From an uncultured Gammaproteobacteria bacterium (GTDB lineage Bacteria > Patescibacteriota > Patescibacteriia > Patescibacteriales > WJLG01), in NCBI GenBank assembly GCA_964395625.1, contig CAYNAR010000007.1, positions 2,113 through 66,112 of the forward strand: a stretch of 64,000 nt of DNA, in the 5' to 3' direction. Both the position numbers and the translations under genes were made by a program. A model generated the notes under the pieces. The model was not told the DNA's origin. It saw nothing but the letters and a program-made list of their open reading frames with translations, and did not search any database. Below, piece by piece: positions 51,159 to 60,567 of the stretch; position 1 is the stretch's first letter; every line of letters begins with the position of its first letter.

Positions 51159-52551
51159 AAGTTTAATGATAGCGACTCTGAAACAAAAAAACAAAGGCGG
51201 ATTTTGGCGGCCGGCTGTCATTCCGGCTTTGTTTTTATTTTTGTGTTTAAGTGTTTTAGTCTTTCGCGGTAGCATCAATTACGGTCTAGCGGATGCCAAC
51301 GACAATGTTCGCGGATGGGCATGGAATTCTAACATTGGGTGGACTAGTTTTAATTGCTTGAATGATAGTTCTTGCGCATCTTCCGATTATGGAGTAAATA
51401 TAGATTTGCCAAGTATGAATTTTTCCGGGTATGCTTGGAATTCTTACGTCGGATGGATAAGTTTTCAGAGTAATGGGGCTCCCGATTATTCTTTTAATGT
51501 CCATTGTCCCAATACTTGCAATAATGCCGTCAACTGCACCGCTTGCTTTAATCCGGATGATGGGTTGGTGTGGGGCTGGGCTCACATAATTTCTATGGGT
51601 GCCGATGGTTGGATAAAGTTACGCGATGGAGCTAATCTTTGGGAAGGTTTGTATTTGGACTTGAATAGTGCCAGTTCCTCTTGGCGTGGTTGGGGCTGGA
51701 ACGGAAACGACGATAGTACTGGAATAGGCTGGGTTAATTATAATTGCTTGGATTCCAATACTTGTCCGCCGATAGGAGCTTCCGACTATATGACTTGGAT
51801 GAAAGGCTTTGAATTCCCTGTCGTCGATAATCTTTCCTCTCCTAACTGGAGCTTTGAAGACGCATGTGTTTCTGCTGCTAGAGGTTTCACGCTGCGATGG
51901 GATATTGAGGATAGAAAGAATAACAGTATAAATCAATCGGCTTATCGTGTCATTATTAACACTGTGAATAGTACTTCTACTCCGCTTTTTGATAGTGGAA
52001 AGCGTTATTCTTCGGCCGAGCAGTACTCCACTACTAGCTCGATGCTTAGCTATAATACCTCCTATTATTGGTGGGTTAAAGTATGGAGTGATTTAGGCCT
52101 ATCTTCTCCTTGGACTCAATTTAATACCGCCACTCCATCCAGTACTTTAACTGATAATATAGCTGCCAATATGGCGGTATCACCGGATTTTCATAAGACA
52201 TTCACGACGTATATGAGTGAATTCCCCGATGTAGACTATACTTATAGCCCACTAGAGCCTCGTGTCGACGACAATGTGCATCTCGTTGACAATTCTTTCT
52301 TCTATTTGCCGGCATCGCCGTCAACTCCTGTTCCGTGTGACGAAGTTCATTGCGCTTGGGCTTGGTCCGGGGAAAATATAAAAACTATCATTGACCCTAG
52401 TGCCTCTTCGACCGATGCGGTTTTTGGTTATGGTCAAAACGATTTTAGCGATACCGTCAGAATAGTAGGGACTAATTATGTCTGCACTACGACGAAGAAT
52501 TTATTCGTCGATCTCTTGCCCGGTTGGCGAGAGATAAAGCCAGGTAATTGA
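51148..52551 (+). CDS. secreted protein with four Trp-rich G-W-x-W-N repeats plus an FN3-like region
   Basis: Repeats: GWAWNSNIGWTSFNC, GYAWNSYVGWISFQS, GWAHIISMGADGWIKL, GWGWNGNDDSTGIGWVNYNC. N-terminal TM. Confidence 0.6.
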   Translation: MSNKSLMIATLKQKNKGGFWRPAVIPALFLFLCLSVLVFRGSINYGLADANDNVRGWAWNSNIGWTSFNCLNDSSCASSDYGVNIDLPSMNFSGYAWNSYVGWISFQSNGAPDYSFNVHCPNTCNNAVNCTACFNPDDGLVWGWAHIISMGADGWIKLRDGANLWEGLYLDLNSASSSWRGWGWNGNDDSTGIGWVNYNCLDSNTCPPIGASDYMTWMKGFEFPVVDNLSSPNWSFEDACVSAARGFTLRWDIEDRKNNSINQSAYRVIINTVNSTSTPLFDSGKRYSSAEQYSTTSSMLSYNTSYYWWVKVWSDLGLSSPWTQFNTATPSSTLTDNIAANMAVSPDFHKTFTTYMSEFPDVDYTYSPLEPRVDDNVHLVDNSFFYLPASPSTPVPCDEVHCAWAWSGENIKTIIDPSASSTDAVFGYGQNDFSDTVRIVGTNYVCTTTKNLFVDLLPGWREIKPGN

Positions 52552-52552
52552 A

Positions 52553-53122
52553 ATGTTTAAAATAAAATGTAAAAAAGGTTTCACTTTAATGGAAATGCTC
52601 GTAAGCATTAGTATTATGGGTATTTTAGTGTCACTTTTTTTAGTTAATTATAGGGCTGGTTCTCGCGGTTCGGAATTGACGCTCGCCTCACAGCATGCCT
52701 TGTCGGATATGCGCTTGGTGCAGAATAATTCTTTAGGGTCGGTCCGCTATAATGGGCAAGTTCCGCAAGGAGGATGGGGTGTACATATTGACACCACTTC
52801 TGGAAACAATAATAAGTACATAGTCTTTGCCGATATAAACGGCAACCATGCCTATGATGGTGCGGCAGAGTCCAATCCTTCATATGGTGGCAAGACGGTC
52901 AAATTGCCGGAAAATATTTTTATTACAAGAATAGAATACCATGGCGGTCTTAGTAAGACTTGGTCGGATTTCGTGTTTTTGCCGCCAATGCCAAAGACTA
53001 TTATTTGGGATGGAGTTGGAACGACGACCGAAGCCGATATAATGCTCCGGCATATCGTGACCGGTGAAGATAAGACGATCTATTCCAATATTCACGGCCT
53101 TCTGCAGGTCGTTCATCCGTAG
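52553..53122 (+). CDS. prepilin-type (type IV pilin / pseudopilin-like) protein
   Basis: Class III signal KKG|FTLMEMLVSISIMGILV. Confidence 0.75.
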   Translation: MFKIKCKKGFTLMEMLVSISIMGILVSLFLVNYRAGSRGSELTLASQHALSDMRLVQNNSLGSVRYNGQVPQGGWGVHIDTTSGNNNKYIVFADINGNHAYDGAAESNPSYGGKTVKLPENIFITRIEYHGGLSKTWSDFVFLPPMPKTIIWDGVGTTTEADIMLRHIVTGEDKTIYSNIHGLLQVVHP

Positions 53123-53133
53123 TTCGTATTTTT

Positions 53134-53694
53134 ATGAAAAATAAAGACCAAAAATCGGTTTTTTCTCAAAACCGCCAAGGCTTCACTATCGTGGAGTTGG
53201 TGGTGGTGATTTTTATATTGTCTTTCGGCATGCTCGGGGTCGTATCTTTGATAACGCAGACCGTTCAAGTTAGCCATATCAATAAGAATATGGTGATAGC
53301 TTCGCAACTTTGTCAGGAAAGCTTGGAGTTGGTTAGGAATATCCGTGATAATAATTGGCTTGGTAAAGATAATTGGGAAACGGGGAGTACTACTAATTCC
53401 AATACTAATTGGATACAGGATGGTATATATTCCATCGATCATACTGGGATTATAAAAAACTCTTTTAATATAGATGATCCGTTGGCCAAGCTTTATTTGG
53501 ATAGCTCGGATTTATATCGTCATTTTTTAGTTCCCGGACTTGCTACTACGACACCTTTTTCGAGAACCATTGAAATAAAGAGTCAAAGTGGCGCTTCGAC
53601 TACTGTCGAGTGTGTCGTGCAATGGAGCGTGGGCAATAATAAGAATCGTTTTACCGCTCAAGAAGTTTTGTATAATTGGCGACAAGTGCCATAA
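53134..53694 (+). CDS. prepilin-type protein
   Basis: Class III signal RQG|FTIVELVVVIFILSF. Confidence 0.75.
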   Translation: MKNKDQKSVFSQNRQGFTIVELVVVIFILSFGMLGVVSLITQTVQVSHINKNMVIASQLCQESLELVRNIRDNNWLGKDNWETGSTTNSNTNWIQDGIYSIDHTGIIKNSFNIDDPLAKLYLDSSDLYRHFLVPGLATTTPFSRTIEIKSQSGASTTVECVVQWSVGNNKNRFTAQEVLYNWRQVP

Positions 53695-53697
53695 TTT

Positions 53698-54264
53698 ATG
53701 TCGAACAATAGTTTAAAAATAAAAAAACTTTTTTCGGATAATCGCGGTATTTCTTTAATGGAGATGATAGTTTCCGTCTTTCTTTTCGCAATGACGATGT
53801 TGATGGCCACTGAAATTTTCAAGACAGTCATCGATCGCCAGCGTGATGCGATATTCTCTCAAGACCTTCAGGAGGGGATAAGATATGCCTTTGAGCGAGT
53901 CGGCAAGGATGTCAGAACTGCAGTCAAGGACGAGACTGGTTCGTGCTCTGGTACCCCGGGCTTGATTTATAATGTTTTTGGTGGTGGAAAATATATAACC
54001 TTTCTTAATGAATACGGCAATTGTGTGACCTATGCTTTTGACAACGATACGTTGATTTTGAAGACTAGCGATACCGGTTGGATTACATTGCCGATAGTAC
54101 CGACCTATCTTAAAGTGAAAAGAGGTTTCTTCCAAGCGACGACGAACACCCAGTTCGTTCAATCGAAAGTTCTAATAAGGATGCAATTAGAGGCTGGCGA
54201 ACAGGGGAGGAGTAATCAATCTATGGAAGTTCAAACAATATTATCATCTCGCTACTATGAATAA
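53698..54264 (+). CDS. prepilin-type protein
   Basis: Class III signal NRG|ISLMEMIVSVFLFAM. Confidence 0.7.
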   Translation: MSNNSLKIKKLFSDNRGISLMEMIVSVFLFAMTMLMATEIFKTVIDRQRDAIFSQDLQEGIRYAFERVGKDVRTAVKDETGSCSGTPGLIYNVFGGGKYITFLNEYGNCVTYAFDNDTLILKTSDTGWITLPIVPTYLKVKRGFFQATTNTQFVQSKVLIRMQLEAGEQGRSNQSMEVQTILSSRYYE

Positions 54265-54637
54265 TTCGCAAAAAAAACAAAAAGATCATAAGGGTACGGC
54301 TTTATTAATGACGATAATGATGCTTAATATAATTTTGCTTTCAGCTCTGACGGCTTCCAGTTTGATGAGTTCCGGAATCAAGATGAGCGGTACGCAGATG
54401 AGGTCGACTCAGGCTTTCTTTGCGGCCGAGTCCGGAGCGGAGAGAGTTTTATGGGAATGGCGTAAGAATGATTGGGTGATTCCCGGTGGGGCGGCGACCA
54501 ATGCTTTTTCTTCGACTTTGCTGAATAATTCCAGCTATCAGGTGGACAAAGACGCCTCGGCTTCTCCGACCATCTTCCGAAGTCATGGTTTTTTTGGTAA
54601 TTTACAAAGGACTGTAGAACTTAAATTGTATTTTTAG
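54257..54637 (+). CDS. PilX-like minor pilin candidate
   Basis: HKGTALLMTIMMLNIILLSAL hydrophobic N-terminus without Glu5. Overlaps the previous gene's stop. Confidence 0.5.
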   Translation: MNNSQKKQKDHKGTALLMTIMMLNIILLSALTASSLMSSGIKMSGTQMRSTQAFFAAESGAERVLWEWRKNDWVIPGGAATNAFSSTLLNNSSYQVDKDASASPTIFRSHGFFGNLQRTVELKLYF

Positions 54638-54714
54638 CTAAATGTTGCTTTGGGGTGTAAAATAGTGTATAATTAATAGGAAATAATTCAATAATTAAAA
54701 CAAGGAAAAAAAGT

Positions 54715-55035
54715 ATGAAAATGAATAAAACGCTTATCACCATGATAGCCTTGATTGTTTGGGGTGTGTTTTCCACTGTCTATATCGGCTGGAACAGCTG
54801 GCAACAGTTTAAAAACGGTCAAATGGTCGCAGCTTTCAACAATGGTGCCACACAGGGCTATCAGCAGGCTATCGTAACTATCGCAACGGAAGCTGAAAAA
54901 TGCCAAGCCGTGCCATTAAATACCGGTACTGATAAGGATGGCAAACAGTTGTCCACTGAAATCGTCGCCGTCAAATGTTTGCAACAGCAGAACGCCGATC
55001 CTTCCACTCAAGGCAAGGCTGTTGAAAAGAAATAA
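54715..55035 (+). CDS. small membrane-anchored hypothetical protein
   Basis: 106 aa with an N-terminal TM. RBS AAGGAAAAAAAG. Confidence 0.5.
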   Translation: MKMNKTLITMIALIVWGVFSTVYIGWNSWQQFKNGQMVAAFNNGATQGYQQAIVTIATEAEKCQAVPLNTGTDKDGKQLSTEIVAVKCLQQQNADPSTQGKAVEKK

Positions 55036-55071
55036 TATTTTCAATTTGTCAAGTAGATTTTTTCAAAGAAT

Positions 55072-55095
55072 CGCTGGAAATTCCAGTGGTTTTTT
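55072..55095 (+). terminator. rho-independent terminator
   Basis: CGCTGG / CCAGTG stem (one G-U) followed by a T6 run. Confidence 0.6.
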
Positions 55096-55127
55096 GTTAG
55101 AATAATATAGTGTTATAAAAATATAAA

Positions 55128-57239
55128 ATGACAGATATCAAAAAAAATGAAACAAAGGACAGGGTAGAGAAGTTGCGTAACGAGATAAATCATTATCGCT
55201 ATCAGTATCACGTCTTGGACGATTCGGAGATATCCGATGCGGCTTTAGATTCGCTCAAGAACGAATTGCAGAAATTAGAGCAGGATAACCCCGAATTGAT
55301 AACCGCCGATTCTCCGACACAACGTGTGGCCGGCAAAGCTCTGGATAAATTTTCTAAGGTTAAACATCGATATCCGATGATGTCCCTTTTTGACGCTTTT
55401 AACGAGCAGGATATGCGTGATTGGGAGAAGCGCAATAGCAATATTTTAAATAAGGAATATGAATATTTCGTCGAACTTAAAGTGGATGGCTTGGCGATAA
55501 GTTTGAATTATCTGAATGGCTTGTTCATGGTCGGTGCTACTAGAGGTGATGGCGTCATCGGCGAGGATGTCACACAGAATTTGAAGACCATCGAGAGCAT
55601 ACCTCTGTCTTTGCATAAAATTTCTAAAAAAGATTTGGAAAAGATCGGACTCTCTCAGGACGATTCCGGAAAGGCTATGTCGACGCTGGAAAATGGGGAG
55701 TTGTTCGTTCGTGGTGAGGCCGTCATGACGACCAAAGTCTTTAATGAGTTGAATGAAATGTACGCAAAGCAAGGGAAGCAGTCTTTGGCCAATCCGCGCA
55801 ATGGCGCAGCCGGTTCCATCAGGCAACTCGATTCAAAGATTGCTGCTGAGAGACGTTTGGATTTTTACGCTTATGAGATAATCGGTCTTCCCGGATTATT
55901 GAAACATAGTCAGAAGCGAGAGGTTTTAAAGGCGTTGGGTTTTAAGACTATTAAAGAAAATAAAGTGTGTCGTAATTTGGAAGAAGTTTTCGCTTTTTAT
56001 CGTTCGATAGGCGAGAAGCGCGAGAAGCTGTTATTCGAGATAGACGGCACAGTGGTTAAAGTAAACGATTTAAAGGACTGGGAAACTTTAGGTATCGTTG
56101 GCAAAGGACCGCGTTATATGATGGCTTTCAAGTTTCCAGCCATTCAGACTACGACGGTCGTCAAGAACGTCAATTGGCAAGTCGGTCGCACTGGGACATT
56201 GACTCCGGTGGCCGAATTGGAACCGGTCGATGTCGGAGGTGTGACGGTCTCGCATGCTACTTTGCATAATTATGACGAGATAGAAAGACTCGGAGTCATG
56301 GTCGGCGACACGGTGATCATTGAGCGCGCCGGAGACGTCATTCCGAAAGTCGTTCAGGTTTTACCTAATTTGCGTAATGGCCAAGAGAAAAAAATCACCT
56401 CTCCGGACAAGTGTCCGATCTGCGGCGGAGAAGTCGATCGCGTCGGCGACGACGTGGCCTATCGTTGTTTGAATAAAGAATGCTACGCGGTCGTACTGCG
56501 CGGTTTGATTCATTTCGTCTCGAAGAATGCGACCGATATCGAAGGTTTGGGCAAGAAGATAGTTGAGCAATTATTGCAAGAAGGTTTGGTTTCCGATGTG
56601 GCGGATTTCTATTCTTTGACCGAAGGCGATTTGAAGCCACTCGAAAGATTCGCCGAGAAGAAGGCCAATAAGATAATCGAATCGATAGATTCTCGCCGTG
56701 TGATCGATATTTCCAGATTCATCTATGCATTAGGGATTAGACATGTCGGAGAGGAGACGGCCATCACTATATCCAAAGAATATCTTGAAAAGTCGTCGGT
56801 TATCGGTTTGGATTTGTCGATCGGCGGATTGATAGAATATTTCGACAATCTGTCTTTGGACGAAATTCAGAATATGAAGGATATCGGGCCGATAGTGGCG
56901 GAAAGCATCTTCGAATGGTGGCATAATCGGAAAAATTTAGCCGTTTTAGAGAAATTGCAGAAAAACGGCGTTTCTTTGAAAGCGGAGGACCGTTTGGCCG
57001 GGCAAGGTGGACCTTTGTCCGGGCAAAGCTTCGTTTTAACGGGAACTTTGTCGAGTTTGACACGCGATGAGGCAAAAGATAGAATTAGACGACTAGGGGG
57101 TGAAATATCCGAATCGGTCAGTAAAAAGACGTCTTTCGTCGTTGCCGGCGTCGAGGCTGGCAGTAAACTGGAAAAGGCGCAGAAATTGGGAGTAAGGGTT
57201 TTGAACGAGGAGGAATTCGTTTCAATGATAAATTTTTAA
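55128..57239 (+). CDS. ligA: NAD-dependent DNA ligase
   Basis: Adenylation motif ELKVDGLAISL, four-Cys zinc finger CPICGGEV...CLNKEC, HhH region and C-terminal BRCT (GQSFVLTGTL). Confidence 0.92.
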   Translation: MTDIKKNETKDRVEKLRNEINHYRYQYHVLDDSEISDAALDSLKNELQKLEQDNPELITADSPTQRVAGKALDKFSKVKHRYPMMSLFDAFNEQDMRDWEKRNSNILNKEYEYFVELKVDGLAISLNYLNGLFMVGATRGDGVIGEDVTQNLKTIESIPLSLHKISKKDLEKIGLSQDDSGKAMSTLENGELFVRGEAVMTTKVFNELNEMYAKQGKQSLANPRNGAAGSIRQLDSKIAAERRLDFYAYEIIGLPGLLKHSQKREVLKALGFKTIKENKVCRNLEEVFAFYRSIGEKREKLLFEIDGTVVKVNDLKDWETLGIVGKGPRYMMAFKFPAIQTTTVVKNVNWQVGRTGTLTPVAELEPVDVGGVTVSHATLHNYDEIERLGVMVGDTVIIERAGDVIPKVVQVLPNLRNGQEKKITSPDKCPICGGEVDRVGDDVAYRCLNKECYAVVLRGLIHFVSKNATDIEGLGKKIVEQLLQEGLVSDVADFYSLTEGDLKPLERFAEKKANKIIESIDSRRVIDISRFIYALGIRHVGEETAITISKEYLEKSSVIGLDLSIGGLIEYFDNLSLDEIQNMKDIGPIVAESIFEWWHNRKNLAVLEKLQKNGVSLKAEDRLAGQGGPLSGQSFVLTGTLSSLTRDEAKDRIRRLGGEISESVSKKTSFVVAGVEAGSKLEKAQKLGVRVLNEEEFVSMINF

Positions 57240-57246
57240 TAAAAAT

Positions 57247-57543
57247 ATGTTGACCAAAGAAGATGTTAAAAAAGTCGCGGCCTTGGCCAGACTGGAATTG
57301 ACCGAAAAGGAATTGGAGACTATGCCGGAGCAACTTTCCAACGTCCTTAATTATATCGATCAATTGAAAGAAGTGGACACTGAAGGTGTTCTACCGACCG
57401 CTCAAGTCACCGGGTTGTCCGATGTTTGGCGCGAGGACGAGGCCAGACCTTGGGCTAAAGACGAAGCCGAGGCGGCTTTGAACGAGGCGCCGGAGGTGTA
57501 CGCTCATCAGATTAAAGTCAAAAAAGTCTTGGAACAAGATTAA
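57247..57543 (+). CDS. gatC: Asp/Glu-tRNA amidotransferase subunit C
   Basis: 98 aa with VKKVAALARLELTEKELE...QLSNVLNYIDQL. Confidence 0.85.
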   Translation: MLTKEDVKKVAALARLELTEKELETMPEQLSNVLNYIDQLKEVDTEGVLPTAQVTGLSDVWREDEARPWAKDEAEAALNEAPEVYAHQIKVKKVLEQD

Positions 57544-57558
57544 TTTTAAAATAATCAT

Positions 57559-58410
57559 ATGCAAAAAAATAAAATAGGTTTCATCGGACAAGGATGGATC
57601 GGTAAGAATTATGCCGACAATTTTGAAATGCGCGGCTATGACGTGGTTCGTTATGACGTCGAGAAATTCAAAGACAATAAAGACAAGATAAAGGAGTGCA
57701 ACATCGTCTTCGTGGCGGTCCCAACTCCGACCGCCGGCGACGGATTCGACGATAGTATTTTAATCGACGCTATCAAGAGCGCTACTCATCCGGGACAGAC
57801 GGTGATCATTAAATCGACTATAGTGATAGGTACTACCGAGAAGATGCAGGAAATGTTCCCGGATCGTTTCATAATCCATAGCCCGGAATTTTTGACCGAG
57901 AAGACCGCGGCTTTCGACGCCGCCAATCCGGATAGGAATATTTTGGGTTACACCGAGAAGTCCTTCACTAAATGCGGTGCAGTCATGAATGTCCTTCCGC
58001 CGGCTCCTTATGAGGCGATGGTGCCTTGCCGTGAGGCCGAGTTGGTCAAATATATGGGTAATTGTTGGTTCTATGCCAAGGTTATGATGATGAACACTTT
58101 CTATGATATCGCCGTTCATCATGGTTTGAATTTTGATAATATAAAAGAGATGCTTGCCGCCGATAAACGCGTCGGCAGAACTCATTTGGATGTCGTGCAT
58201 CAGGGCGGACGCGGTGCCGGTGGTCATTGTTTCATCAAGGACTTCGCCGCTTTGCGCGAGATGTATGAGAGCGTTCTTTCTGACGAAGGTTCCAGCGCTT
58301 GGAGTAAAGAAGGTTTGGAGATGTTGAAGGGCATGGAAAAATATAATATAAATTTACTCCGCAAGACAGGAAAGAATTTGGATTTGCTGGAGGGGGTTTA
58401 CGGTAAATAA
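57559..58410 (+). CDS. UDP-glucose/GDP-mannose dehydrogenase-family protein, short form (no C-terminal UDP-binding domain)
   Basis: Contains IGFIGQGWIGKNYA (Rossmann), VFVAVPTP, SPEFLTEKTAAFDAANPDRNILG and GGHCFIKDFAAL. Only 283 aa. Confidence 0.55.
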   Translation: MQKNKIGFIGQGWIGKNYADNFEMRGYDVVRYDVEKFKDNKDKIKECNIVFVAVPTPTAGDGFDDSILIDAIKSATHPGQTVIIKSTIVIGTTEKMQEMFPDRFIIHSPEFLTEKTAAFDAANPDRNILGYTEKSFTKCGAVMNVLPPAPYEAMVPCREAELVKYMGNCWFYAKVMMMNTFYDIAVHHGLNFDNIKEMLAADKRVGRTHLDVVHQGGRGAGGHCFIKDFAALREMYESVLSDEGSSAWSKEGLEMLKGMEKYNINLLRKTGKNLDLLEGVYGK

Positions 58411-58411
58411 T

Positions 58412-59863
58412 ATGAAGCTCAATCAATTGACTATAAAAGAGGCGATTGAAAAGTTGGACGCAGGAGAAATCACTTCCGTAGATTTGACGCGCGCGTGTTT
58501 GGATAGGATAAAAGAATTGAACGCCAAGCTTAACACTTTGTTGACCGTTTGCGAAGAAGAGGCGATGAGAGAGGCTTCTGTGGCCGATGAGCGTCGCGCT
58601 AAGGGCGAGAAGGGCGGTCTTTTAGGAATTCCTTATATCGCTAAGGACAATATGATGACCAAGGGAGTGCGCACGACCGCCGCTTCTAAGATATTGGAGA
58701 ATTATATCGCACCGTTCGACGCTACTATCATTAAAAGGTTACGCGAGGCCGGTGCTGTGCTTTTGGGTAAGGCCAATATGGACGAATTCGCCCATGGCGG
58801 TTCTGGCGAGAATAGCGCTTTTGGTCCGACTCGCAATCCATGGGACCTGGAAAGGGTGCCAGGAGGCTCTTCGGCCGGTTCGGGAGCGTCCGTGGCCGCC
58901 GATATGTGTATTTTTGCCCTAGGAACGGACACAGGAGGCTCGATCCGCTGTCCCGCGTCATTCTGTGGCATCGTCGGCTTGAAGCCGACCTACGGCCGTT
59001 CTTCGCGTTTCGGACTATTGGCGATGACTTCGTCTAATGATGTACCTGGTCCGATAACGAAGACTGTCGAGGATGCCGCTTTGGTCTTGCAAGTCATGGC
59101 CGGACGAGATGAATATGATGCGACCACAGCCGATGTCTCAGCGGTTTTGAATATTTCGAAAGACAAAGATTTGAAAGGCGTCAAAATCGGTTGGCCGATA
59201 GAAAACGACTCCGAAGGTTTGTCTGATGGCGTTAGGACGGCCTTGAAAGAGGCTCGTGCTAAATTTGAAGAGTTAGGCGCTGAGATTGTTGAAATAACTT
59301 TGCCGTACGCCAAATACGCCATACCGGTCTATTATATAATCACTCCATCGGAGATATCTTCGAATCTGGCACGCTTCGATGGCGTAAAATACGGTTTCTC
59401 CTCGCAAGAGGCCAAAGAGCTGAACGAGGTTTACACTAAATCGCGCGGTCAAGGATTCGGCAAGGAAGTTAAGAGAAGGATAATGCTTGGCACCTATGCC
59501 TTGTCCGCTGGCTATCGCGATGCCTATTATTTGAAAGCGCAGAAAGTTCGCACAAAGATAAAAGAGGAGTTGGATGGAGCCTTGAAGGAGGTCGATGTGA
59601 TTTTGACACCGACTCAGCCGACAACGGCCTACAAGATAGGCGCCTATGACGCCAATCCGTTGCAAATGTATCTTGAGGACGCTTTCGTAGCCCCGGCTTC
59701 CATGGCTGGGCTACCGGCCATCTCCATCCCTGGAGGTTTTGATGGCGATTTGCCGATAGGTTTGCAGTTAATCGGTCCGAGATTCGGTGAAGAGAAGATA
59801 TTGAATGTGTCATCGGTGTTTGAGAAGGCTACAGAATATCATAATAAAAAGGCTAATATATAG
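58412..59863 (+). CDS. gatA: Asp/Glu-tRNA amidotransferase subunit A
   Basis: Amidase signature GGSSAGSGASVAA and GTDTGGSIRCPASFCGIVGLKPTYG. Confidence 0.92.
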   Translation: MKLNQLTIKEAIEKLDAGEITSVDLTRACLDRIKELNAKLNTLLTVCEEEAMREASVADERRAKGEKGGLLGIPYIAKDNMMTKGVRTTAASKILENYIAPFDATIIKRLREAGAVLLGKANMDEFAHGGSGENSAFGPTRNPWDLERVPGGSSAGSGASVAADMCIFALGTDTGGSIRCPASFCGIVGLKPTYGRSSRFGLLAMTSSNDVPGPITKTVEDAALVLQVMAGRDEYDATTADVSAVLNISKDKDLKGVKIGWPIENDSEGLSDGVRTALKEARAKFEELGAEIVEITLPYAKYAIPVYYIITPSEISSNLARFDGVKYGFSSQEAKELNEVYTKSRGQGFGKEVKRRIMLGTYALSAGYRDAYYLKAQKVRTKIKEELDGALKEVDVILTPTQPTTAYKIGAYDANPLQMYLEDAFVAPASMAGLPAISIPGGFDGDLPIGLQLIGPRFGEEKILNVSSVFEKATEYHNKKANI

Positions 59864-59875
59864 TATTTTAAAGAG

Positions 59876-59905
59876 CAGGCGCTAGAGATGGCGTCTGTTT
59901 TTTTA
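59876..59905 (+). terminator. terminator after gatA
   Basis: CAGGCGC / GCGTCTG stem (one G-U) followed by a T-run. Confidence 0.65.
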
Positions 59906-59985
59906 CTCGTCTTTTTTATATTTAAAATTCGTGGTATTTTGGTTATGAAATAAAATACGGCAGAGAAGCGTATAATTTAAAGACT

Positions 59986-60567
59986 ATGGAAGAAGAGAAA
60001 GTCCAGTCATTTTCCAAAGCCCAGTCTTTGAGCGATGAAGAGCTTGTCGCTTCGTCGATAAAAGACGGCAAATTTTTTACCACTCTTGTCGGAAGATACA
60101 AAGAGAAATTTTTTTATTACCTGAAAAGCTTCACTGGTTTCGGTTCTGATGAAGTTGAAGATGTCGTCCAGGCCTCTTTCATTAAGATATATTTGAACTT
60201 GAACGCTTTCGATGGGAAATTAAAGTTCTCGTCTTGGGCCTATCGAATAGTCCATAACGAAGCGATAGACGAGATGAGGAGGCAGAAGCGCAGACAAGCC
60301 ACGAACATCTCCGAGCTGGATATCCCCGACGAGACGAGCTTGGCGCAGGAGTTGGATATAAAATTCGAGAAAGAGAAGATAGTCCATGTACTTTCGGAAA
60401 TAAAGGAAGACTATCGGGAAGTTTTGATTTTACGTTTTTTTGAACACAAAGAGTATAAGGAAATATCGGATATATTGAAAAAACCGATAGGGAGTGTCTG
60501 CACGATGGTGGCCAGAGCTAAAAAGATTTTTAAAGATAAGTATGAAAAATATGTTAAAAGATCTTGA
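59986..60567 (+). CDS. ECF-type (group 4) sigma-70 family factor
   Basis: Region 2 SWAYRIVHNEAIDEMRR. Region 4 YREVLILRFFEHKEYKEISDILKKPIGSVCTMVARAKK. Confidence 0.85.
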   Translation: MEEEKVQSFSKAQSLSDEELVASSIKDGKFFTTLVGRYKEKFFYYLKSFTGFGSDEVEDVVQASFIKIYLNLNAFDGKLKFSSWAYRIVHNEAIDEMRRQKRRQATNISELDIPDETSLAQELDIKFEKEKIVHVLSEIKEDYREVLILRFFEHKEYKEISDILKKPIGSVCTMVARAKKIFKDKYEKYVKRS

